Of a DNA stretch of 64,000 nt, positions 55,726-64,000 are shown one piece after another. Within the stretch, counting starts at the first letter, position 1. Every line of letters starts with the position of its first letter. The position numbers and the translations under genes were made by a program. The notes beneath the pieces were generated by a model. It had not been told where the DNA came from. It saw only the letters and a program-made list of their open reading frames with translations, and did no database searches. The stretch is taken from positions 1 to 64,000 of IMG/VR virus record IMGVR_UViG_3300045988_164457; one strand, 5' to 3'. The DNA is from a virus.

Positions 55726-56207
55726 CAGCTAATCACCTCACCATATTGATTATCACTTACAAGATTTACTCCTAATACATCATCAAAATGTTTTTCTTGA
55801 TTTGGTACATATCGTCCGAATTTACAAATGATATTTTTAAATGTTTTTAGCTTTTCAATTTTATCTTGAATTTCATTTGGATAATAGCCCGTATAAATCA
55901 CAAAAGTATCATTTACACCTTTGCTACGGAAATACTTAATTAAATTATAAACATCTTCAAATTGCATCATTGGTTCAAGCCCACCAATAACAATAGCTTC
56001 TGAAATAGGATTTGAGATATACCTATTAAATATTTCATCAATAGGTGTATCAATGTCCTTTTGTTTTGCTAAGTCACTATTTTGGCAAACTGTAACTGGA
56101 ATATTTGCTTCAATACAGCACTTCCAGTTACAAGTGCCAATAGAGATGAACATACAGGGCAACTTGAAGTTTACGAAATCTTCATCGACTAAGCCCTTAA
56201 TTTTCAT
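55725..56207 (-). CDS. nrdG: Anaerobic RNR activating protein-like radical-SAM enzyme (non-canonical Cys spacing)
   Basis: Abuts the nrdD stop. ...FISIGTCNWKCCIEANIPVTVCQN... and IVIGGLEPMMQ (GGEP-type). Size 160 aa, typical of NrdG. Confidence 0.55.
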   Translation of the reverse strand: MKIKGLVDEDFVNFKLPCMFISIGTCNWKCCIEANIPVTVCQNSDLAKQKDIDTPIDEIFNRYISNPISEAIVIGGLEPMMQFEDVYNLIKYFRSKGVNDTFVIYTGYYPNEIQDKIEKLKTFKNIICKFGRYVPNQEKHFDDVLGVNLVSDNQYGEVIS

Positions 56208-57470
56208 TTATTCTCCCATACCGCTGCTGGTATTTTCCCATTTACGCATACAATACTCTTTCTTACGAGCATTCGTCCATGTGTTAATGGGCGTATAAAA
56301 ACCAACTACTCTCGTATATTCTGTTGCAATAGGCTTACCACAAACAGGGCAAGTTGTTCCATAAAAAGCGTGATTATCTTCGCAGGCTTGAATTTTAGTA
56401 TTAAATGCAAAATAGGTAACACCTGCATCAGCTATGTAACAAGTCATTTTATAAGCTTTATCAAAGCTATCAAAAGGACTGTCTATATTTGCGTGAAGAA
56501 TTGAACCACCATTACAGAACCTATCAAACATTGCCTGAATACGAATACGTTCTTTCAATGTAGTTTTAATTCCCAGAGGAATAAACTGATTACCATAAAG
56601 AGGAAGGTTGTAAATATTTGCTTCGGGGTAGAAAAATTTATCCTTATTCATAAGTTTCGATGCTGCACTTTCACCCGGTATCTGTTCAGTATTTATCATA
56701 TAATCACAATGATTGTCAGCGATGAATTTATCAGCAACTTCTCTCATTGTATCGAATATCTGTTTGCCAAAAGTTGAAGCCTTATCAGTATAATATACAT
56801 TTCCAAACTCATCTGTGGTAGTACAGCCAAACTTTTTCATTGTTTCATATATACCAATAAATCCAATCGTATTGTACAAGTGTTCAAAATCAACAAGCTG
56901 GTAAGAGAAATTCGGAAGCAGACCTTTTTCAACATCTCTTCTGATGATATTTCTAACAATATCCAATGCTCGAATATTTGATAATGTTCTAACTTTGAGT
57001 TCTTCAAGATATTCTTCCTTGGTGTTTGTATCAAGTGCCAGACGAGCAAGATTAATTGTTGATACCTTAACAGAACCAACCTTTAAAGCTGTACCACCCA
57101 CTGAATTAAAATAGCCAAGGTCACGAATATCAGATTTAAGTCTACAGCAATTAGAAAGACTTGAAACATTATCGTCAATAAAGAGGTTGCTATCTGACCA
57201 TTTCATATTGTGCTTAATTGCCCACTTGGCAAAATTCTCATCTTCAAATTGACCATTCTTACGAAGAAGTGAGATTGTGCTTACCGGAAATGTAAACATA
57301 TTTTCAGAACGTATGTCAGACATAACTTCCATATAAAGTTTTTGAAAATCAATAATTTCATCTTCAAAATCAATCATATATGTACCATCCGGGAAAGTGC
57401 TTCCTCCAAAAAGTGCTTCAAAATACGGTCTATCAAATACGGAGGTATTGGTAAATGCGGATTGCTGACC
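56208..57470 (-). CDS. nrdD: Anaerobic ribonucleoside-triphosphate reductase, exon 2
   Basis: The frame is open upstream of ATG 57377 to 57476. GQQSAFTNTSVFDRPYFEAL...; C-terminal CEDNH...CPVCGK zinc site and glycyl-radical motif TRVVGFYTP. Confidence 0.8.
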   Translation of the reverse strand, partial: GQQSAFTNTSVFDRPYFEALFGGSTFPDGTYMIDFEDEIIDFQKLYMEVMSDIRSENMFTFPVSTISLLRKNGQFEDENFAKWAIKHNMKWSDSNLFIDDNVSSLSNCCRLKSDIRDLGYFNSVGGTALKVGSVKVSTINLARLALDTNTKEEYLEELKVRTLSNIRALDIVRNIIRRDVEKGLLPNFSYQLVDFEHLYNTIGFIGIYETMKKFGCTTTDEFGNVYYTDKASTFGKQIFDTMREVADKFIADNHCDYMINTEQIPGESAASKLMNKDKFFYPEANIYNLPLYGNQFIPLGIKTTLKERIRIQAMFDRFCNGGSILHANIDSPFDSFDKAYKMTCYIADAGVTYFAFNTKIQACEDNHAFYGTTCPVCGKPIATEYTRVVGFYTPINTWTNARKKEYCMRKWENTSSGMGE

Positions 57471-58655
57471 CGTTTACCCTCATATTTCTATGAGAACTGA
57501 CTATTTTTTACTACCTTTTAATAGGGTAGCACTTCTCTTTCAAGCAACGTACCAATAGTTGCTTTACTCTCCTTCACGGAGATAGTCGATACAGGCTTCA
57601 AATTGTTAATTTAGTTATTAAAACGTAATGGATATTCTAAGTTTCTACGTCTATACATTTTGGTATTACCACTTTTTATTCCTATTATTATATTACTTTC
57701 TACCTTATATTTTTTTGCTATTTGTCTAATAGAAATATTAGTGTTTATCAATAAATCAATGATTTGAGTTACATCTTCATAGGATAATTTAGGCTTGCTA
57801 TTTGTATTTGCAAAATCCCTAATTGGATATATTTCATCTAACATTTTATGATACATACCTTTATTAATTCTTGATATTGCTCGTGCCTCAACATTATATT
57901 TTTGAGCTATTTCTTCATATGAAAGATATGTGAATTTTAAAATATCAATAATTTCTAATGCTTGATTTTTAGATATTTTACCACGATCATTCGGATTTTT
58001 TCTTATAGGATAAATAATATTATCTTGTTTATAAGAACGTCCAGCATTAATATCATTTATTGTTGAAGGATTAGAATTATATTTTTGAGCTAACTGTCTA
58101 TAACTCAAATCAGAATATTCTAAATCATATATAAGACCTTGTAAATCATATTCCGTAAACTTGGATTCAGGGTGTTTAATTCCAGCCAGTACAGGAGGTT
58201 CCTCCCCACCACTTAAAATATTATATCCATTAGGACGAATACTATCATACTTATCAATCCAATATTGTTCACGTTCGTTATAATTATCAATATCTGATTC
58301 GAGGATTTCAATCCAAAAATGAGATTTACCATATTTCTGAATTGCTTTTGCCACCAAATCATTTTCTATTAAAGCCGAACTTGGCTTACAATGTGCTTGA
58401 AAGCGTTTGTGAACGTTTTTGGCTTGACCTATGTAGACTTTATTGTTAAGATCATTTTTTATTATATAAATACTTTTTGTCATTTTGTCACCTCCTCATC
58501 TGTATCTGTAAATAAATTAACTGAATTAACAAATTTGATTCCCACGAGATTACCTTGCACTATCCGCAAAAGTGTTTAGGTTTCCTCGTTAGCCATACAT
58601 TTATTTGTATAACCCCATTGGTTAATGGAAAAGAAGTGAATGGACAATCTTACTT
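57471..58655 (-). mobile_element. Group-I-like intron in nrdD (boundaries inferred)
   Basis: Exon 1 ends ...AGGGAT; the intron starts AAGTAAGATT then GTCC (58645-42), which pairs with GGAT giving a U.G. The intron ends ...GGGTAAACG. The join gives NQPCVRD|GQQSAFTN. Carries a GIY-YIG ORF. Confidence 0.65.
57611..58483 (-). CDS. GIY-YIG homing endonuclease (I-TevI-like) with three HTH/NUMOD-like repeats
   Basis: SIYIIKNDLNNKVYIGQAKNVHKRFQAH...YWIDKY...GYNILSGG. Repeats LSYRQLAQKYNSNPSTINDINAG / LSYEEIAQKYNVEARAISRINKG / ISIRQIAKKYKVESNIIIGIKSG. Confidence 0.8.
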   Translation of the reverse strand: MTKSIYIIKNDLNNKVYIGQAKNVHKRFQAHCKPSSALIENDLVAKAIQKYGKSHFWIEILESDIDNYNEREQYWIDKYDSIRPNGYNILSGGEEPPVLAGIKHPESKFTEYDLQGLIYDLEYSDLSYRQLAQKYNSNPSTINDINAGRSYKQDNIIYPIRKNPNDRGKISKNQALEIIDILKFTYLSYEEIAQKYNVEARAISRINKGMYHKMLDEIYPIRDFANTNSKPKLSYEDVTQIIDLLINTNISIRQIAKKYKVESNIIIGIKSGNTKMYRRRNLEYPLRFNN

Positions 58656-59342
58656 ATCCCTTACGCAAGGTTGATTCACGGCGTAAATAAATCTCTGAAA
58701 TGCCTGTTCAGCATATTTCTTTTCAGAATGAGATGTCCTTACTCCCATATAGTCATTTTCAATATCTTTATGCCAAAAATAAAACATATAAGGAATAAGA
58801 TTAGGAAGTCCACAAGCACCAGAACTTCTATTGCTTGCAAAGTTTATGTATTCTTTGACAAAATCAACAAATGTTACAAGATGTTTGGGTGGCTTTGGAT
58901 TAAAATTATCACTTAGAAAAAACAAACCCTTTTCAGCAACATCTTTGAGGTCGTACGCAAAACAATAATGTTTAAATGTACTGGTATCTCCATCGTGCAT
59001 ATAAAGTTGACCTATCCATTCACGCCATAACCAGTCATTTGCTGCCTTGAATCCATATTTCTTCTGATATTCATAATGTATTTTATTATAAGCAAGAAGC
59101 TTTCTATGAGGCTTAGGCATCTCGGTAAGGAGCGTTACTATATCCTTTCTCCTTACATTGCTATTTCCATCAATACTTGAATCTGCAACCGTAGTTTCAT
59201 CAATAAAATTATCAATAAAATCGGTATATGAGAGCTGTGCATCATCAAAGCCATTTAACCTTGCAATATATGTACCATATTCACCTTGAAGTTTATTATA
59301 TTGTGTTGTAAAATTTTTATCTAATCTAATGCTTATTTCCAT
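58656..59342 (-). CDS. nrdD: Anaerobic ribonucleoside-triphosphate reductase, exon 1
   Basis: 229 codons ending ...FIYAVNQPCVRD, then a stop two codons into the intron. Continuity with exon 2 restores a ~650-aa NrdD. Confidence 0.8.
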
Positions 59343-59346
59343 TTTA

Positions 59347-59547
59347 TCACTCCATGCTATTTATCCAATTATTAGCTTCCTTAAATTTCATTCTTACATC
59401 ATCAACTTCAAGAATAGGAACGTTTGTTATTCCCATTTTAATCATCTTATCAACATCATTAAATACCGAATATTCGATATTTTTAGCATTAAGTTTATTG
59501 ATAAGTACCTTGCATTTAGGACAACCTGTAGAATATATAACTATCAT
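59347..59547 (-). CDS. nrdH: NrdH/glutaredoxin-like small redoxin
   Basis: 66 aa. MIVIYSTGCPKCKVL... (CxxC at the N-terminus of helix 1) and ...VPILEV... thioredoxin-fold pattern. Directly upstream of nrdD. Confidence 0.6.
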   Translation of the reverse strand: MIVIYSTGCPKCKVLINKLNAKNIEYSVFNDVDKMIKMGITNVPILEVDDVRMKFKEANNWINSME

Positions 59548-59551
59548 TTAA

Positions 59552-60121
59552 TCACCCTTTCAATTTAAATCTTAATTCAAATATCCACTCTAAGTAATCA
59601 TCAATCTCAGACCAATCTTTGCACCTGCGTACAAAATGTTTATCATCGTCATAATTTCTATTCCAAGGATAGTCAAGTACAATCTTGCTGTATTTACCAC
59701 CTATGAGGTTATCATAACAATCATCAATAAGAACATCTATTTCACTGAGCAACTGTTTCTTTTGAATACAGATAAGTCTCTTACGAATATTCAGAAATGG
59801 AAGTGTTCTCTGTAACCAATTAGCCTTTTTAAGTATATTCGCAGGTTCGGTAGATGTTACAATATAAATAGTATGACTTAAATCGTTCCACTTTTTAAGA
59901 ACATCTGCACAACCGTCAATTACAGAAATGCCTTTCCATACTCTCTTATCAGTGAACAGCTTATAGAAATTATCTTTATACTCAGACTTAACAAAGTTCT
60001 CGATGTAGTAATCGGTGATATTATCTGGTGTGAGATTATCGTTATAGTCTTCATTATAGACTTTAAGAACGCTCTCAGTAAGATTGTTTAAGACATTATC
60101 ACAGTCAACACCAATAATCAC
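59552..60121 (-). CDS. 5'(3')-deoxyribonucleotidase (HAD/NT5C family)
   Basis: MIIGVDCDNVLNNL (DxDxV motif), ...IYIVTS..., ...VLIDD. Confidence 0.6.
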   Translation of the reverse strand: MIIGVDCDNVLNNLTESVLKVYNEDYNDNLTPDNITDYYIENFVKSEYKDNFYKLFTDKRVWKGISVIDGCADVLKKWNDLSHTIYIVTSTEPANILKKANWLQRTLPFLNIRKRLICIQKKQLLSEIDVLIDDCYDNLIGGKYSKIVLDYPWNRNYDDDKHFVRRCKDWSEIDDYLEWIFELRFKLKG

Positions 60122-60624
60122 TTTATCACGTCCTTTATAAAGTCTATTGTGTTGTTTCTAAGGTCATCAAGAGAACCGATGTTCTGAACAACATAATCGT
60201 ATTTATAATTCTCTGCTACTGCCTTGTCTGCCGAATTATCGGCTGTAATTGCCTTATTGGACTTAACAAATACTGTCTTTGCATTAAGTGCCTGTTTCAG
60301 ACGTTCAATCTTCTTAGGCTCTCTGCAATCAATAAATAACCAATCTCCTTCAAGCCAGTTTTGATGAAAGTTATCAGCAATATTAAGACAATCCTTAAAA
60401 GGAATATCGTCATATTCTTCAAGAGCGTTATTTACATCGCAAAGAAGTTTTCTAAGCTTATTAGACTTATCCTTAATGTTAATACCTTTACTTTCAAGCA
60501 TATCTCTTGTAAAATCTACATAAGAGTAATGAATTGCATCAATACCGTATTCATTTATGTATTTTATAAACGTATCTTTACCTGAAGCGTGTACTCCATT
60601 AAGAATAAATATTTTCTTAGTCAA
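60118..60624 (-). CDS. dNMP kinase-like P-loop protein (T4 gp1-like)
   Basis: KIFILNGVHASGKDTF resembles T4 gp1 FLSGVKRSGKDT. Confidence 0.45.
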   Translation of the reverse strand: MTKKIFILNGVHASGKDTFIKYINEYGIDAIHYSYVDFTRDMLESKGINIKDKSNKLRKLLCDVNNALEEYDDIPFKDCLNIADNFHQNWLEGDWLFIDCREPKKIERLKQALNAKTVFVKSNKAITADNSADKAVAENYKYDYVVQNIGSLDDLRNNTIDFIKDVIK

Positions 60625-61279
60625 TCTTTATCATCTCCTCTAATCTTTTATATTTACCGCAACTCTTATTTTCAGGGCAGAATGAAATCTTATTAGCTTC
60701 ACACTTGGGAACGCAATAAGGTGCAAGTTCAGGACAAGTATCAATTACACATTGTCTCATTTTCTGTGCAAGTTCTCTTATTTCCCACTGCGCACGAGTA
60801 CAAAGTCTTTCATTAAAGAAGTGCATTAAATTTCTAAAATCAAAAGAACAGTCAATAACTGTACAACAAGCGTTAGGAAGTATCATTCTTGCATCTTCAG
60901 CAGGAATACCCATTGAAATCAGATCGTTGTAAGATGTTTGAATACGTTCCATAATATTCTTATAAATTGTATCTGCCGATTGATTATTGGCAATAGTCTT
61001 AGGAATTACATATTCAAAACCGTCTTCTATACAATATCTCTGACTTCTTACTTCAAATTTACCTGTCCTGTGACGTGTTATCTGTGCAAGTAAAGCCCTT
61101 GAAACACCCTCGATGTGAAAATGAAACTGAGCAAATTCCATTACTGACAAATGCCCTGAATTATAGCACTGTCTCACAATCTTGCCAATAGATGAGGGCT
61201 TACTGTTATAGCAGTTGCTTGCAGCGGATTCCATTGCAAGAATAGGCTCATTTGTGTATCTTACAAGTTCTACTTTCAA
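60617..61279 (-). CDS. thyX: Flavin-dependent thymidylate synthase
   Basis: ThyX signature ITRHRTGKFEVRSQRY (RHR...SQRY). Confidence 0.85.
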   Translation of the reverse strand: MKVELVRYTNEPILAMESAASNCYNSKPSSIGKIVRQCYNSGHLSVMEFAQFHFHIEGVSRALLAQITRHRTGKFEVRSQRYCIEDGFEYVIPKTIANNQSADTIYKNIMERIQTSYNDLISMGIPAEDARMILPNACCTVIDCSFDFRNLMHFFNERLCTRAQWEIRELAQKMRQCVIDTCPELAPYCVPKCEANKISFCPENKSCGKYKRLEEMIKID

Positions 61280-61578
61280 TCCTCAACCCTCCACTTATCA
61301 AACTGACTAAGTATCTTACTCATTACTTCGCTACTCTTATCTGACTTGATTTCCACCTCTACAGGTTCGCTCAGATTAAGGGAAAGAATGCCCATAAGAG
61401 ACTTACCGTCCGTAATAAACTTGCCGTGCTGAACACTTATATCTGTACCTTTAGGACAGCTACTTGCTACTCTGACAAATTCTTCTACATCTTTAACAGT
61501 CACAAGATTTGCTGAAAAAACAGCCACGCTCATATTTATACTTTCAATTTTATCACCCATTTTATCACCTTCTTTCAA
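61276..61578 (-). CDS. Second HPr-like protein (no His15 equivalent)
   Basis: ...VTVKDVEEFVRVASSCPKGTDISVQHGKFITDGKSLMGILSLNLSEPVEVEIKSD... fits the HPr core (..GK..daKSlMgilsL....g..v.i). The start may be ATG 61560. Confidence 0.5.
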   Translation of the reverse strand: MKEGDKMGDKIESINMSVAVFSANLVTVKDVEEFVRVASSCPKGTDISVQHGKFITDGKSLMGILSLNLSEPVEVEIKSDKSSEVMSKILSQFDKWRVED

Positions 61579-61775
61579 TTTAATAGCGGATTAAAATATT
61601 TTGTCTTACGTTTATCAAGAATACTCATATAATATTCGGTTTCCTCATTAGTTGCTTTATGTACTTTAGTAGGTGCTTCTGAGTTAATTAGCTCATACTC
61701 CTTGGTCATCTTATTCATATAATGTCTAAAATGCTTTAAACACCTCGCATTTCTATCCCACTGTGTTTCGGTCAT
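61575..61775 (-). CDS. Hypothetical protein
   Basis: 66 aa, overlapping stops/starts with neighbours. Confidence 0.3.
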   Translation of the reverse strand: MTETQWDRNARCLKHFRHYMNKMTKEYELINSEAPTKVHKATNEETEYYMSILDKRKTKYFNPLLN

Positions 61776-62452
61776 TCTTCTGTTTCAATCCTTTCTATAG
61801 ATTTTATATTTCCCTTTAAATAATCAAAATAGCTTACTGTTCCTAATCTTCTCGGTACTTTAGGTAAAACGTCCGTGTCAACTATAAATTCAAGAACATT
61901 ACCACTAAAGAAGATACCGTTTTCATCATAAATAGGTGTATACTGATTAAAGTAATCTGTGTGTATATCCTGCTTAATATCCCCTATTATGACTGTTATC
62001 TCGTTATCTGTATCAAAAGTTATCTTAAATCTGTCCCCAACATTTTCAGCATAATATGTTCCCATTGCAACTATGTAATCATCACCTATTCTGCGAAAAC
62101 CGTCTTCATCAGTCCAAGCAAACTGTTGAAGTTCATACTGAGCAGAAGTTTTATCAGTAATACAACGATAATCCATATAAGTCTTAAACTCAGTATTGCA
62201 AGTTGGGATATCTAATGTTTCTATTGGTATTTCTATAGGGACTTCATAATATGTATTAGTAATGCTGCTTGATTTAGCAAGATTTTCAGCGGTGTATGTT
62301 ATACTTGAATTTTTGCTTTTCATATTATTATTTACTTCTATTTCGTTTAAAGCAGAAGTTAAAGAATAAAAACCGGTTGCCTGAACGATAATACTTAAAG
62401 TCATAAAACCTGTCAGGGTGGACGTACCCTTTGTTTTTCTCTCATTATACAT
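61772..62452 (-). CDS. Membrane-anchored hypothetical protein
   Basis: 226 aa. N-terminal TM helix LTGFMTLSIIVQATGFYSL. Confidence 0.3.
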   Translation of the reverse strand: MYNERKTKGTSTLTGFMTLSIIVQATGFYSLTSALNEIEVNNNMKSKNSSITYTAENLAKSSSITNTYYEVPIEIPIETLDIPTCNTEFKTYMDYRCITDKTSAQYELQQFAWTDEDGFRRIGDDYIVAMGTYYAENVGDRFKITFDTDNEITVIIGDIKQDIHTDYFNQYTPIYDENGIFFSGNVLEFIVDTDVLPKVPRRLGTVSYFDYLKGNIKSIERIETEE

Positions 62453-62467
62453 TATTCACGTTTCCTT

Positions 62468-62680
62468 TCAACAATCATTTTCTATGTAATCTTCTAATTT
62501 AATTTTAGGCACTGTTGAAATAAGACAATCTTGGCAAATTTGTTCTCCGTCATATTCAAACAGCTCTTCTACCTCATCTTCACACTCATCACAATAAAAG
62601 TGAGGAACATTTCTGTTTCTGCAAGTGCTTCCTCGGCAATGTAACGCACAATCGCAACAATCGTTTTCAAATTTTATCAT
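62468..62680 (-). CDS. Small Cys-rich (zinc-binding-like) protein
   Basis: 70 aa with CCDCALHC, C...C, and CDEC...CQDC. Confidence 0.35.
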   Translation of the reverse strand: MIKFENDCCDCALHCRGSTCRNRNVPHFYCDECEDEVEELFEYDGEQICQDCLISTVPKIKLEDYIENDC

Positions 62681-62812
62681 TCTATTTTATCACCTCCTTA
62701 ATTGTGATACTATTATTATACCACTTTAAGAAATTCTGTCAAGCGATTTTTAATGCACTTTTTATTATTTACTTATAATTTAATAAAAGTGGATTTTCAT
62801 TATATTGTATTA

Positions 62813-63058
62813 TTATGTAGGGTAATGTTTCACAACAAAATCTTCATAATCCGTAATAGCCGAATCCTTAAATTTTAACCTTGGCTCTATATACTCTACC
62901 ATCATCTTATCAAAGCAATCACAACACATATCTATGTCAATGTGACATTCATCATATTTACTACCATAGCCAACATTGTTATAATGTAAACCGAAGTGTT
63001 CTTGCTCATCAAAAACATTGAAATCCTTACCGCATAAGTCACATTTATGAATTTTCAT
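62813..63058 (-). CDS. Small Cys-rich protein
   Basis: 81 aa with CDLCG...CCDC. Confidence 0.35.
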   Translation of the reverse strand: MKIHKCDLCGKDFNVFDEQEHFGLHYNNVGYGSKYDECHIDIDMCCDCFDKMMVEYIEPRLKFKDSAITDYEDFVVKHYPT

Positions 63059-63495
63059 TTTATATCCTCCCTCTTTATTTCCTTGTAAAAATCATCTTCA
63101 ACATCATAATAATTTGGAGCTTCACAACAATTATACCAACAGAACTCTACAACCTTAACATTGTCCATATTTTCAAGAGTGAAGTCAGGGTTAAGACGTT
63201 GAAAAACGGGTAGGAAATTTTCTTTCTCGATGTTATATAAGTCTCTGACTTTACCGAAATCTCCACAGAAACTGTCCCATTCATACTCAAGAACAAAGTC
63301 AATAAACTCATCTTCTGCTGGTGATATTTGAAATTTACCAACCGTTGCATATTCAAATTCATTTGGGAACTTCTTTTCAAGCAACCAAGACATATCGTCT
63401 AAATCATCGCTGGTAAACCAATCTGAAATAGAACATATTTTAAACAGTTTTTCAAAAGGTATTCTTAACACCTTTTCTCTTACATATGTACTCAT
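63055..63495 (-). CDS. Hypothetical acidic protein
   Basis: 146 aa ORF coupled to the downstream gene. Confidence 0.3.
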   Translation of the reverse strand: MSTYVREKVLRIPFEKLFKICSISDWFTSDDLDDMSWLLEKKFPNEFEYATVGKFQISPAEDEFIDFVLEYEWDSFCGDFGKVRDLYNIEKENFLPVFQRLNPDFTLENMDNVKVVEFCWYNCCEAPNYYDVEDDFYKEIKREDIK

Positions 63496-63507
63496 TATAT
63501 TCTCCTT

Positions 63508-63870
63508 TCAATTATCACCTGTTATAGCGATTACTTTCTTCCAATAAGGTTCATACTTGCTGAGTTCTTTGATTAATAAGGTTTGAAATTCTTCATCAGA
63601 TAGATTTTCGTATTCTTCACATTCAGCTAAGTAATTTGATAGAGCATCTTTAAAATCATCTCGGTCGTTATATACATAATCATCGCTAAATGGCAATGTA
63701 CAATCAAGGATTTCATCAACACTAAAATGAATTTGAGTACAATATGTATATCCATAATCGTCCGAAGCTGCATACTGACCCACGAGAATCACAATGGGCA
63801 GGTCTGGGTTTTCTGCGATAAGTTGTTTTAGTTCATCCGAATTTTTTGATAAGTTAAGTGGGTGTATCAT
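63508..63870 (-). CDS. Hypothetical acidic protein
   Basis: 120 aa ORF with RBS AGGAGGA. Confidence 0.3.
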   Translation of the reverse strand: MIHPLNLSKNSDELKQLIAENPDLPIVILVGQYAASDDYGYTYCTQIHFSVDEILDCTLPFSDDYVYNDRDDFKDALSNYLAECEEYENLSDEEFQTLLIKELSKYEPYWKKVIAITGDN

Positions 63871-63882
63871 TTTATATCCTCC

Positions 63883-64000
63883 TTATGTATTCTCAATTCT
63901 CTTTTTAGCTATCTCAAAATATGTATCATCAAGTTCTATACCAATAAACTTACGATTAAGGTTCTTACAAGCCACACCTGTGCTACCACTACCCATACAA
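63883..64000 (-). CDS. DNA methyltransferase, C-terminal fragment (gene continues beyond the window)
   Basis: The reverse translation ends ...[36 protein letters not shown], the AdoMet-binding motif I region of N6/N4 MTases (DPF.GSG.T...R.fIGiE). Confidence 0.6.
   Translation of the reverse strand, partial: CMGSGSTGVACKNLNRKFIGIELDDTYFEIAKKRIENT

Noticed and set aside
1-64000. tRNA, rRNA, tmRNA genes or CRISPR arrays.
   Set aside because: I could not recognise any cloverleaf-type sequence (no GTTCGAATC-like T-arm with a matching acceptor stem) or any regularly spaced repeats of 20 bp or more. A tRNAscan/Infernal run would be needed to be sure.

Overview
The window looks like a contiguous piece of a large, low-GC temperate siphovirus-like phage of a Firmicutes/Clostridia-type host. 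It appears to be in the non-integrated (attP) configuration. All family calls come from motif recognition by eye; no searches were run.

Gene order, left to right:
- An Abi-alpha-like gene and a Xer-like recombinase.
- The packaging and head module: terminase small subunit candidate, terminase large subunit, portal, scaffold, capsid.
- Connector genes and the major tail gene.
- A very long tape-measure (TMP) gene.
- A TIR-like/SLATT cassette.
- Baseplate and fibre genes.
- The lysis cassette: GH25+M15 endolysin, holins, XhlA-like protein.
- An HNH endonuclease and a second fibre module.
- attP with eight GTGGGAA repeats, then integrase and excisionase.
- A leftward early block: dUTPase, cysteine desulfurase, FTR-like protein, NrdG, intron-split NrdD, NrdH-like protein, nucleotidase, dNMP kinase, ThyX, HPr-like protein, and a partial DNA methylase.

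Most unusual observations:
1. The TMP reading frame is broken three times. The first break is an approximately 1.46 kb group-I-like intron carrying a Vsr/EDxHD-like endonuclease. The second is an approximately 0.46 kb ORF-less intron. The third is an approximately 6.5 kb intervening region. Its 5' 420 nt look like intron RNA, and the rest is a multigene island with its own consensus promoters and terminators. That island includes an Arc/Ant/sar-like RHH-antirepressor-antisense RNA module.
2. A TIR-like (DUF1863/ThsB-like) plus SLATT/DUF4231 two-TM pair is inserted between the TMP and the distal tail genes.
3. There is a phage-borne redoxin chain around a class III ribonucleotide reductase (NrdH-like, FTR-like CPC/CPC/CHC protein, NifS).
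4. Two divergent HPr-like proteins are present.
5. Two genes seem to need AUA/AUU start codons.
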